Below, piece by piece: positions 50,454-62,200 of a stretch of DNA of 64,000 nt. Source of the DNA: Macrostomum lignano (taxonomy: Eukaryota). Each line of letters begins with the position of its first letter. The first letter of the stretch is position 1. The position numbers and the translations under genes were made by a program. Under the pieces are notes generated by a model. The model did no database searches and was not told the DNA's origin. It was given only the letters and a program-made list of their open reading frames with translations. Location: assembly GCA_002269645.1 (NCBI GenBank), contig NIVC01002699.1:1-64000 (forward strand), read 5' to 3'.

Positions 50454-51445
50454 GCTAAGCGACTGGCTGTTAGTCTTTGTCTGCCGATTCAATATTGATG
50501 CCTCTGTTACCGCGGAAGCCAGGTCTGCTCGTTCGCGTCGTTTTGAGAAGTCGGCAGTCGCCAAAATATTCTTAGACGCTAAACAAAAATGGTCTCTTGG
50601 CCATAGAAAATTACTTTCTTGTAAGCTATGTTTCAAGGATCACCTTATAGTTGTAGGATTATTTTAGTTGCAATATTTATTAGCTAAGTACGAGCTAATT
50701 TACAATGTGTTCTACTGGACTCGGAACATCATTTAAATTTAGTATGTTTTTGTTGAATGTGATTCAAAAATTTTATTATTAACTTTAATTTTTAAAAAAA
50801 TACTCCTCGAGAATAGCAAGCAAGTAAAGTTCGACCAGAACTGCGTCTCTTCCCATCTTTCCAACAGATTCATTCGACGGATGGTTCTCGTCAAACTCCA
50901 TTTAATGCAATGAAATTCTACAATCGAAAAAAGAATCCAGTAGTATTTCGAAAACTACATTTAAAATGGCAAAAAATTAATCTCCAGTCAAACACAGGAA
51001 GGGCCACGACCCCCCCCCCAAGTTCTGTTCCGTGCGCTGTCACATTCATTTGGTCCTTATGTGTCAGGGCCCTTGTACACCCTGTTTGAGCGTCCCTGTG
51101 TACAGTATTGGCGCGCTTGTACGAGCGTCTGTGCTCAAGAGTAGTCAGCGGGATGAGCAGAATTGCACCGGTGCTGGATTGTTTGACGATTTCATCAAAA
51201 ATTTTGCGCCAGGCTGGCTTCTCAGAACTCTCCTGCGATTTTTTATTAATTTTAATCTTCCTTCTTGCCTAGAAAAAAATAAGTTTCCTAAAGTTTCAGA
51301 GTGCTATTAATCATCTGACTACCAACTAGCGGTCCAAATTATATTTGTTGAATTACGAGCTAATCAAGCTTTAGAAAGCCTCCTAAAACATTGTCTATAG
51401 GCTGATTAACAACCTCTTCTTCATGCAACATCCTGATTGCCCTCC

Positions 51446-51691
51446 ATGTCTACCCAGCAGCAGCAGCAGCAGCAAGAGTCGAAGCACAGCTGGAAGCCAA
51501 CGCCGAGCAATGATGATGAAGAAGATGCTTTCGAAGCAATGCTAAAGCGCACTGGCTGTCTGGACCAGCACAATGACGTCATGGAGTGCATGGCCGAGCA
51601 CAGAGACTGGCGGCAGTGCCAGGAGCAGGTTCGAAAAATGAAAGTCTGCATGGCCAAGTATCAGGAGACTAAAGGTGGTCAGTCGACGTGA
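51446..51691 (+). CDS. COA4: Cytochrome c oxidase assembly factor 4 homolog (twin Cx9C/CHCH protein), single exon, 81 aa
   Basis: MSTQ...DDEEDAFEAMLKRTGCLDQHNDVMECMAEHRDWRQCQEQVRKMKVCM matches recalled COA4/CHCHD8 (DDEEEDPLDQLISRSGC...VQECMAQHQDWRQCQPQV...CM), with two Cx9C pairs. Confidence 0.92.
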   Translation: MSTQQQQQQQESKHSWKPTPSNDDEEDAFEAMLKRTGCLDQHNDVMECMAEHRDWRQCQEQVRKMKVCMAKYQETKGGQST

Positions 51692-52164
51692 TTTCAGCAC
51701 GGTTCTTCATCACCTGTATCGAGACTTCTACACTCTTACCTGTGTTCTTGTTAGACCAAAAAATATACTAGCAGCCGCGTTGCACCGTCTCTTTCGAAAA
51801 AAAATAATTCCGGAGCTTAGTTTTCATTTTGTACTTTTATTTGATTGACAACGTGCTGTAATTTAACACTTTAACAAGCCAGGTAAATACACAGTTGATT
51901 TGCATCCAAAAATGATAGTTCATATCTTGTTTGCCTTGGATACGCATGCTGTATTTCAGCTATCTGTGTGTGAAGACACCCAGCTCCCACTTTCTCCTTG
52001 GCCTTGCTAAAATTGCTTTTGATAAACAGACTTTGGATTGATTTTTCAAACATTTACAATATGACAACATCTAGAAAAAATCCTTAGGAGCATCAAGCCT
52101 TTACAGTTGCTGTCAATCAGCAGGCTTGCTAGTCCTGCACAGGTGGCTGAGTATCTCAGGTCAA

Positions 52165-53130
52165 TCAGCGAGCCCAGACAGCCAGGTAATCAGCGGGCAT
52201 GGCGTTTCCTTTCCAATTACCTTTGCCCGTCGGGTTGTACCGAATCCGAGGCATTAAACTGGGTTCACCCATCCAGTCACAGCTGGAATCTGCATCAAAT
52301 ACGAGAAGCAATCCAGATGAATCTTGGCAGCCGTTGTAATAAAAATTTACACAAAATCTCGCTTCATGGCTGTCTGCTCCACGAATGCTAAAGAAGTTAA
52401 ATGACCGGTTGCTCAGGTCGGGCACGGGCCAGCTGTAGACGAGGTGGCTCCAGTGGAACCAGTTCTCCCTGTCGATAGAGTCGCCCAGGCCGGACACGTC
52501 GAACACCAGCTTCACCACCAGCTCCCCGCCAGGCCTGTACACGCACACAATGAGCTGCTTGAAGGCCAGGGCTCGCAGCAGACTCGGCATCCTGTCCAGC
52601 AGGCCGGACCTGAACCTGTCCGGCAGCAGAGGGGAATCCATCGACTGCAGCAGCAGCCGCTCACTACTGGACGCCGCATCGCCGCCTGCGAAAAGCTGCC
52701 ATGACTTCACTCCGCTGCCGGCCTTGATTGAGAACACAAGGAACGCCTTCGAGTCAGCTGACCTCACCAGAACAAGCAGGGGAGTCGGTCGCCGAGCTGA
52801 TTCCGACTTGTTGATCAGCTTGAAGCGCTGGCACGAAGCAGAGACGATGCGGCACTCGCTGATGGAGTTGTGGTTTGGTGAGCTCATCATGACGAGTGCA
52901 GCTGGAGCAGCTGTGGCATTCTGGCTGGCAATGAGTGCACAGGTGAGTGGGCTTGAGGTGGCCACCGTGACAGAGTCGCCTGCTTCATCAGCTGTGCTGT
53001 TGGAGTCGCTGCAGTCCGGCTGCAGGCTGTAATTTTGGTAGCGACGGAGACCGCCGGTGCACTGCTGCGTCTGGCCCGAGGCTGAGCAAGGGCTGCTCAG
53101 AAGCGATGCGAGCAGTAGTAGAGCTATCAT
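52165..53130 (-). CDS. Secreted protein (321 aa): signal peptide, degenerate PAN/apple-like region and an uncharacterised Cys/Trp-rich C-terminal domain
   Basis: Single open frame starting MIALLLLASLLSSPCSASG (hydrophobic signal peptide). The C-terminal half LVFSIKAGSG...KLVFD...NWF...FFSIRG...RFCVNFYYNGCQDSSGLL...CDW...PRIRY...ADYLAVW looks like a folded globular domain. Family name not established. Confidence 0.72.
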   Translation of the reverse strand: MIALLLLASLLSSPCSASGQTQQCTGGLRRYQNYSLQPDCSDSNSTADEAGDSVTVATSSPLTCALIASQNATAAPAALVMMSSPNHNSISECRIVSASCQRFKLINKSESARRPTPLLVLVRSADSKAFLVFSIKAGSGVKSWQLFAGGDAASSSERLLLQSMDSPLLPDRFRSGLLDRMPSLLRALAFKQLIVCVYRPGGELVVKLVFDVSGLGDSIDRENWFHWSHLVYSWPVPDLSNRSFNFFSIRGADSHEARFCVNFYYNGCQDSSGLLLVFDADSSCDWMGEPSLMPRIRYNPTGKGNWKGNAMPADYLAVWAR

Positions 53131-54001
53131 TTTGGATTGTCGTGATATGAAATAAATTGTTGGGGCTTGCGCCTCTCTGAGCCTAATACTCGTATTTATC
53201 ACAAATTTCCCTCACACCAGAGAACTTGTTATTGGCCGTGTGTCGCTGACACCTGCTACCGTTCCACTTAAGATTCTGGTTATATTTCTGCTCCTAGGTA
53301 GTGTTGGCGAGGCTGGCTGGTTGACTTCACACGTCTCGCATTCAAGATTGGCTTGCATGGTTGAGAAAAGTATCGCTGTGAGGAAAATGACTCAAGTGCC
53401 ACTCTTAAAAAGGTAGCTAGCACAGCTCTTTAACGAGAAATGCGGAAGATGCTGAAACCACTCATGCTGTTCTTGGCAGTGGAGTTTATGCTATGCTTAA
53501 TTCAACTGCTTATCTCGGAAGGATGTTTTAGACCCTCTGCACTCATTGTGGACTGCCTTTGTTATAATGCAATCTTGAAAGTCGGTGATTGGCTGTCGAA
53601 GCTACAGCTATAGCTACTGTTACAGTACAAGTAATCTCTCTTAGCAGAACAACAGTTTTCAATTTTTCTATGTTGGGTTCACTATGTAAGAGTGAAGTTG
53701 CAAGACAATAGCTCGTAGAATTCCTTCATAACGAATATATGATCGTTCCTAAATTCAAGAGTTAAGTATTTAGTATTAATACATTCGTTACTAAATCCAA
53801 GCATTACCATCTAGGCGTAGCTGTGGGGGGTATGTGGATAATCCTGATCGGCGAAAATTCTTCTATTCTTTAATTCTTCAATTTATGCAATATTAATATT
53901 GAAATCACCATATAAATAATAGGTATATAATTTAACATTATATATTACACTGATACATATGGGACATCCCTCAGCTGCACCGTTGCGGTACTAAATTCAA
54001 G

Positions 54002-54027
54002 CGTTACTAAATTCACATAGACCCGGG

Positions 54028-54058
<31 letters not shown>
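54002..54058. repeat. Short (GA)n microsatellite
   Basis: gagagagagag run at ~54027-54058. Confidence 0.7.
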
Positions 54059-54543
54059 TTAACGAGTTACATGTAAGAGAGCAGAGTGGACTCGTCTTAT
54101 TTTATTTCTTCGTTTCAACGGGACCCTCACCTCACCGGAGACTGAGGCCACTGAGGACTTGACGCTACTACAACAAAAGGCTTCAAATTGGAGCCACCTT
54201 ACCGACCGAACGTTTAGTTAGCAATTAATGCATCAATAGTGGGGCTGTTGCTAATTAGCATTGTGGAGAGGGCGGGAAGAAGGGATTGAATGTATTAAAA
54301 ATAGAAATAACAAAATATGTTTGGGCCGACAAACTAAATACACCTTCAAGATTCAAACGGGGAACGACAGGATAATTAGGCGCGAAATAAGAATTTCATA
54401 GAGTGCGTGTATCTATATAGTTAGCTGATGCATGTGCTCGTAACGAAGACCCTCAGGCCGAGCGCTATAGCCAAGCTGAAAAAACAAATAAAACGGCCTA
54501 CATTTTATGCGCCTACAACTTAATAACAATTAGTAAAAATCAC

Positions 54544-54905
54544 AAATTGAAAACAGAAAAGGAACTCTAAAGAGAGTATAACAAGATTTAAAAAAAAAAC
54601 AATTCGGCTGGTTATAACAAACTGGTAAAAGCATTTAGTAAAAATCAAATTGAAAACAGAAAAGGAACTCTAAAGAGAGTATAACAAGATTTAAAAAAAA
54701 AACAATTCGGCTGGTTATAACAAACTGGTAAAAGCATTTAGTAAAAATCAAATTGAAAACAGAAAAAGAATTCTAAAGAGAGTTTAACGAAGATTATTAA
54801 AAAGAACCATTAGGCTGGTTATAACAAACTGGTAACAACATTTAATAAAAATCACAAACTGAAAGCAGAAAAGGAACTCTAAAGGTTTATCAAGATTATT
54901 AAAAA
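54544..54905. repeat. ~103-bp AT-rich tandem repeat, ~3.5 copies
   Basis: AAATTGAAAACAGAAAAGGAACTCTAAAG starts recur at 54544, 54647, 54750 and ~54856. Confidence 0.92.
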
Positions 54906-54949
54906 AACGCTTCAGGTAGATTTTTCATAAAAACTCGTTCATCAGTCCG

Positions 54950-56734
54950 CTAAGGCAGCACAGAGACCGTGAAGCCAAACAGCTCAACTTCGCACAGGCT
55001 GAACACCCAACCACGCAAGCGACTGACGAGGCGAACCCGACTGCCGTAGCCGAGGCAGCTGACCGTCTTGATGGAGAAGCTCGGATCCGCGTCCACCCTG
55101 GCGCACTCGACGTCGTCAACCAACAGGGTGAAGTTGTTGAGCCTCTCAGCGCAGCAGTCCTGTCTGTTGAAGATGCGGACTGCCGTGATGTGGAACTGCT
55201 GAGCGAGGTCGCCCTGCCACCACTGGAAGTCGCCTCCGTAAGTGTGGGTGCAGGAGCCTCCGTTAAAGAGCTGATTCGTGTTGCCATCAATTGCTAAACC
55301 GCAGACTGCACTCTCGTAAGTAGAAATCTGACTGCAGTGTTGAACAGTCAGGATGGATTCTGCTGACACTGCAAAAAAGAGACATTTGGCGGAATTAGTG
55401 CTAGTATTGATGAGAAACAAACCTTTCTGCAGTTGTGCTTATTGTACATGTAAGCCCTTCTTTTCCTCCTGCTTCACTCGGGTTGGATTTGGACTTGCTT
55501 AGAAACTTGTAACTTAACAAATAGACACTATACGAGCGTAAAAGAGATTCTGCAACAGGCAACGTCATTGATGCCAGGATCGCCTTATCGATAATCGTGT
55601 AGTAGGGCAAAATTTAGGGGTAGAAATAGACACGGGACAAATATGCTTTTTCACTACTATCAGTAGTTTTAGCCAGGGAAAATAATTAGGGTAGAGTAGA
55701 TCGCGAATTTTGGGACTTTGGGCTCTTTACTAGTAAAGAGCAGTTGGGCTCTGGGGAAACGCAAGCGCTTCATCTTCCGAGTGAGGTTTCTGACTTGAAA
55801 GAATTCTATCAAAAGGAATTCAAGGTAAGAATAGGTAAGGAAAGAAAGGAATAGGTAAGCAAGGTAAGGAATAGGACTTAGAATCGCACTAAGAGGAGTC
55901 TTGCCTCAAAACTGGGAGTCTTGCCCAAGCACTTACCTAGAAGGGGGAAATTAATGTAAAGAACCACTTTTGTGCAATTGGCGTTTTATCAATTATAATT
56001 TTATGTAAATTACGTTGTGTCAAACCTAAAATTTTTCATTTGGTGTCCTGAATCAGTTCTTTAAATACTACATCCTAGGATTAGGGAACACCAGGAGCCT
56101 GGTGGTAGCAACCTACCAAGATAATCCACTAAAATATTACAGTAGATAAAAGCAGTAGCCTAAACCGCAGGAACCACGCTTGTCCAATCGATTCAAAAAG
56201 GCAGGAAAGGAGCTCTGTGGGACGGATCCATGGGACTTGTGATTTTGGACTGTGAGCACCTGGAGGAGCTCTCATACTGCAAGTTAAGCAAAATCAAAGC
56301 TGCTTCTGTGGGTAACACAGCATGCAAAGCGAAGGACAAAACATTTAAGAGCTTTGAATCTCCGTGATTACAAGTCATTTATGCCATTGCATTCAATCAG
56401 CGCAAAACTCACAGTCGAACGGCTTCGTAAAGACGTTGACCGACCTGGCACCTGGCTGCCACAGCGACTTGCTGAAGAACGCAGCGATGCTGAACAGCTG
56501 GCACAACAGACTCGCCTCTTGCCAGTAGAAGCCGAAGCAGACACTAGACTGGGCCCTGCACTGCAGAGAGCACTGCAGCTCGCCGACAACTGCCTGCACG
56601 GACTTGAAGGACTGTGGCACCGTCAGGCTGTCGGGCTGAGCTAAAGAGAACAGCTTCTGGTTGGCGCAGCTGCCTGCGACTGTCTGGCAAGCCGTCGCCA
56701 ACAGAGCGAATGTGGCTGCAAGGAGCTGCTGCAT
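54950..56734 (-). CDS. Secreted PAN/apple + F-type lectin (fucolectin) protein, 246 aa. Exons 56734-56413 and 55368-54950
   Basis: Signal peptide MQQLLAATFALLATACQTVAG; PAN-like CSLQCRAQSSVCFGFYW...CQLF; phase-1 junction GACT|GTGAGT ... TTTTGCAG|TG; FTP domain LAIDGN...SCTHT...WWQGDL...ITAVRIFNRQDCCAERLNNF...SLCEVELFG. Confidence 0.87.
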
Positions 56735-59267
56735 CTCCTGAGTTTAAACTTTGCAGCTTGAAGTCGCGGTTGTTAGATCGTACCTCACTCACTGATGGCT
56801 GCTGCTGTAGTAGCTCTTGCAAACTGCTCGCCGACCTTTTTTTCTAGCTCAGTTCTGTTCCTGCTCTGCAACATCTCCACCAGCCTTTAAAACATTGTTA
56901 TGAAGCACAGTGGAAGCAGAAAAAAAGTTGAAAGAATGGATGCTTGAATTGTGCGCTGCTTAGTCTTTGCTCAGGGAGGCTGTGAAGTTGAAAGTGGGAG
57001 AAGGTAGCTCGTAAATCCAGTTTCCTAGATTAGGAATTGGTGGCACGACAAGCCTGGCTAACTTTTCAAGCAAGAAGCAACTTGAAGCAACTCTTCAAGT
57101 CGTATAGTTTCTGTTGCTTCTAAAAATTCAGCTGGGATGGCTGCATTGTCTTCCTAAACATTCTCTATTGTGTACTCAGCGGCGCTAACCCCCCAACCCC
57201 CCCCCCAACTTACGCTTTTACGCGCCACAAAAAGTTAAGCTATTTCTTTTAATACTTCTTTTAGTATCGCGTGTGTATAGGAACTCCGAGCATTCAAAAG
57301 TAACTGTCATTCGTCGTGGCATCCTGATCACCAGCCGATTGATGAACTCTCGGGGCAGAGCTGCTGCAAATTGCTTCACTGTTCATCATTTTTGCAAGGC
57401 TACCCTGCTAAAGTCTTCGCTTTACGAAGTCGATGGGCTTTCATGCGACTTTGGCGGCCTGGTTTCATGCAGCAGCTGCACTTTGCTATTCTCGATTCAG
57501 CGCAGCGTTTTCGCCATGACGAATGCAAGTTCTGCAGGCTGTATAAGATTGCTGTATCAAATTTTACAGAGACTGTTGCTTTAACAGTTCTGCATACATA
57601 GGTCTGCCCACGTGCAGCCACATTCTGCTCCAGGCGTGCATTGAAACACTCTGTGAGCCGGCTAGCCGCACAAAGTCGTCCAGAAACTCCTCCTGTGGCT
57701 AACGCCAAACCGATCGCATTCGGTCGTTGTTGCAGAACATGAGACACAAACGTGGGTGGTGTCATCAGTGAAGATATCACCCTCCGTACTCATTGCTGCA
57801 GGCGCCAATCATGCGCACGAATTGCACTGCCGCATTCTCTCTTGCTGTCACGTGAGCAGCAGACAATCACGGTCGGTTTCTTATCTTCCTAGAATGCAGC
57901 GGTGTCTCTGACTCTGCGCTCGCGAGTCTGGGAGCTCAGCGATTGCCTTTGTTTAGGGCCCTTTCCTCCCACAGCGGTCGCAGAGCAGTGTTGTTGCCGG
58001 GAGGAGTTCGATTTGCTCGCATTCTCTTTTTTGCGTCACTTCTTTTTTTTCAGACATTCGTCTCACAATAAAGCTTTGGTTTTCATTGTGGTTAATGTTT
58101 GTCACTGTGCCAGATTCAAACAAAAATAAACACCATGCAGCTCCAACTTTAATCCTTTTAACATCCGCCTCATCTCCGGCCCCGTCTGGCGGCGGCAGCT
58201 GCATGTGTGATGTATTCTATTTTCCGCAACCATATGTGCACGAATGTATGCACAGACTGAAAGATATTATAAATACCCTAGTCGAAACGCTCGCACTTGA
58301 TTGCCATGGCAGTGGATTAGCTCGACTCTATTTTGATTTTGATTTGAACCAATTTGCGTTTACTGCAGTAACTTCTATAGTGGAGTGGTCCCTTGATTCG
58401 GATGTGGAATGCATAAATGCATATATTCACCTCGAATGAAACGCAATAACATTTAATAGTTTGTAGAACGAATAGTTCGTAGTTCGTAGCATTTAATTGA
58501 AGATATAATTAATGCATTGCATGCGCATCCTTGACAGGAAACATGCATTAAAAGGACGCAGTTTTTTATGTTAAATACAAATAATAGCAAGATAGAAAAA
58601 AGTTAAAGCCTACAACTAAACTTTCTGAACAATAAATATGTGGAGTATAGTTTCAGTTTTGATAAAAAACAAAAAGAATCTCGATCGTTACAGCCTCAAT
58701 TCTGACAGTAAAGCATCCATCAGAACCCTGTGCTTTCACCTACATGTAAATGTAAATCTGTTTTATTTGTCTCGTTGATTTGATTTCCTTATCATCATGA
58801 CGCCTCAAAAGATTCCGCGCTGCTGGAGGCTGGATCTATTTGACGACTGTCAGTGGAGCTATACAGCTGCTCAGATATAGCTCAAATACAGCTCAGATAC
58901 AACTCAAAGTCAAATACATCTTAGGTCACAGCTCAGCTATAACTTTGATGCTATGACTAAATTTTACTCCTTTTTTGGTTGTGATTACATAATAGCATTT
59001 TAAAAAGTTTTTTTAATGTTAAAAATGGACTAGGTTCTGCTGAAAAACTAACTAAAGTTTGGCTAAAATACGTTTTTTATATTGTTTATATGCCTACGTA
59101 GCTTTGCTCTGTGCAAGGCTTATCTTTCTTAGAAATTTTGCTACTTTTTTTCTCTGCATAGATCAGCGTTCAAACTGACTAAGAAACTGTTTACCTGTCA
59201 ATTAACTAAGCTTTCTTTCAAAAACTCCTTGTTAAGTAATTGAAAGTAGAGTCTACTACAAGCTGCC

Positions 59268-62200
59268 ATGGAGTACGTTAAAAGGCTTGAAAAGTTTCTC
59301 AATCAGGACAACGCAATCGGTCAGGCGTGTAAAGTCGTGGAAGAAAAGACTGGAGTCAAACGATTGTACTTTGCTCTTGGTATGTACGATGCTGGTCTTT
59401 TGTTGAGCATGTTGAGCATTAAGAAATATTTTTATGAATGATGGAAAACGTGAAAAAATAGCTAAAAATAAAAAGCTAATGCCAATGGTAACATAATGCC
59501 AATGCCCCCCAATGGTAATATAGTGACAAAAAAGTTTTTACCAGTGCAGTTATTATTACTAATTACTATACTAATTAGGTCTTTAACAAAAAACAGTTTA
59601 CGGTTTTAGACGAAGGAGAATCAATGAAATGAAAAATATAAAACAATATAATAGCAAAAGTGCCCAGAAATAATTTATTAATATTTGGGTAAGACAACAA
59701 GCAATTTTCTTATGAATATATAATTATCTTTATAATTATAGGCCTAGTAACAACATTTCAACATAAAAATTGGTATTTTCCCTAGACCCTATCTTAAATA
59801 TATTAAACTATGCTTTTCTAGGCAAAAGACAAGTTGTTTGCAATAAAAAAATCTATAAAAATTTTAGCATTCTAAAATTTCTTCTTTAGGTCTAGGTGTC
59901 ACACATGTCATTTTGTAGTTTTTGTTACCATATTATTTTTTGATATATTGTATTTGACATATTTTTATATATTGTATTGTATGCATTGTTTTATATATGA
60001 AGATATCTAGGGATTAAGACAAAAAGGGAAAAGTTGCTAGGGTAGCTATAGCGTTTTGGCTTTACCTTTGTCAATATATATTTTCCATTTTCCTTATTTT
60101 GTATTAGTTTCATATTGAAGTAGTATTAGTCAGTCAAAATAGTCATGAATACTTGATTAAATATACTATATAGTCTAGCTTTATTATATATACCATGTTC
60201 AAAAGAAAGTCATAGGCTCCTTCTTGTGATTAAAAAATAGCATGATGTTTTACTTAGTTTAAATGTTTCTAAAATTTAAACTATCATTTAGCTTCTTTAG
60301 CCTAGATAAGATCACTTTGTTTATCTAGTTGCTTTGATTTTTATAGGGAAATAGTTACTAATTGATAACTTCCTATATACTATATGATTATACATGGTAA
60401 TTACAGTGTGCGGCTGCTAAATCCGGAAAGGTTTCAATCAATTCCAGCTCAAACCAAACACGTTAAAGAGAAAAAACTGCAGCATTTCAGACGTCTGTAT
60501 TTATATAGCTTTTAAACCATATAGAATACCTGTACCTGTAGCAATGCATAGCAAGTACCCTGCCCACATCATGGTGTTTGGTGTTGTCAGCTCTGAGGGG
60601 GATGTCATGCCACCATATTTCTTCAAGGACGGCCTCCGCCTTGGCGCTGACGACTACATCAAGATCCTGAGGACAACTGTGAAGCCCTGGATGGACCGGG
60701 TTGCCCAAGGGAGGCCATACGTCTTCCAGCAGGACTCGGCACCAGCCCACAAGGCCAGGACCACCCAAGCCTGGCTGTACAGCAATGTGCCCCACCACTG
60801 GTCGCCGGACTTGTGGCCTCCCTCCTCCCCTGACTGCAATCCACTCGACTACTTTGTCTGGGGCGAGTTGACCAGACAGGTGAACCACAAGTCCTACAAC
60901 ACCAAGGACTTGCTCAAGGCGGCCATTGTGGAGGCAATGGCGAACCTTGACAAGAAGGTCATTGCCGATGCCTGCCGCTCTTTCCGGTCCCGCCTAGAGA
61001 AGGTCGTCGCTGCTGATGGCGGGTTTTTTGAGTAAAACTCTCTATCATCATTTAACATATGCTCTTACCAATTTACATTAAAATACAGTGCTTTTTTCTA
61101 TGGATTTCAAGCTTTTTTAAAATAGTTTAATAAATTCCAGATTTAGCTGCCGCATACTGTATATATGGTTTTAGTAAAGGGCACATGATATACAATAATA
61201 TATTATCAAATTAAAAAACTGAAGGAATACTATTGTAAGTCTATATAGAATTTACCCAAATACAATCAAAAAGCTTTCAAAGGGATACTAAGTTTGTATA
61301 CAAATCTTTTCTAAGGTCTGTGTGGTATACTATACTCTGTAGTTTATGCAGAGCACAATCATAAACAATTTTTGATGAAAAAATACGAAACTAAACCAAT
61401 CCAGTTAGACTTTTAGTCCTTTTTTGATAATGAATTATGTACATATGTTAAAACCCACCACTCAACCAAAAACAGGTCTCATTGCATTCTTGGCCATCTA
61501 CCTGATGTTTGGCTATGGCTCAAACTTCTTGGCCAACTTCATTGGCTTTCTATACCCAGCCTACGCCTCTGTGAAAGCCATTGAGACTCACGAGAAAGAT
61601 GATGACACCAAATGGCTCACTTACTGGGTTGTGTACGCCGCCTTTAGCCTGCTGGAGACATTCACTGACATCTTTCTCTGGTGGATTCCACTGTACGCCT
61701 TTCTAAAGTGCATCTTCCTCATCTACCTGATGGTGCCAATCTCTGCCAATGGATCTGTGCTGCTCTACAACCGAGTGATTCGCCCAATTGTGCTCAAGCA
61801 TCAGAAGAGCATTGATGCCACTCTGGGCAAAGTGCATGACGCTGCTGGGCAGTTGGTTACTGAGGGTAAGTGTTTTGCATTGCCTAACCAGACCTAAGTT
61901 AGCAGAGTGTACCTAAACCTAATTGGACCTAAATAGCTCATGGTGTACCTAAACATAACCAGACCTAAATAAGCAGTGTCCCAAAACCTAACCAGACCTA
62001 AAATAGCACAGCTTGTACCCAAACCTAATTGGACCTAAATTAGCAGAGTGTACTAAAACTTCATTGGACCTAAATTAGCTCATGATGTACCTAAACATAA
62101 CCAGACCTAAATTAGCAGTGTCCCAAAACCTAACCAGACCTAAATTAGCACATAGTGCACCTAAAACTAAACAGACCTAAAGTAGCACAGAGTGTACCTA

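Noticed and set aside
53815-53985. Possible degenerate inverted termini (GGCGTAGCTG / CAGCTGCACC)
   Set aside because: The match is too short and mismatched, and there is no TSD.
55401-55610. 69-aa ORF as the first exon of the F-type lectin
   Set aside because: Its donor (55423) is phase 2 while all nearby acceptors need phase 1; the signal-peptide/PAN exon at 56734-56413 fits in phase.
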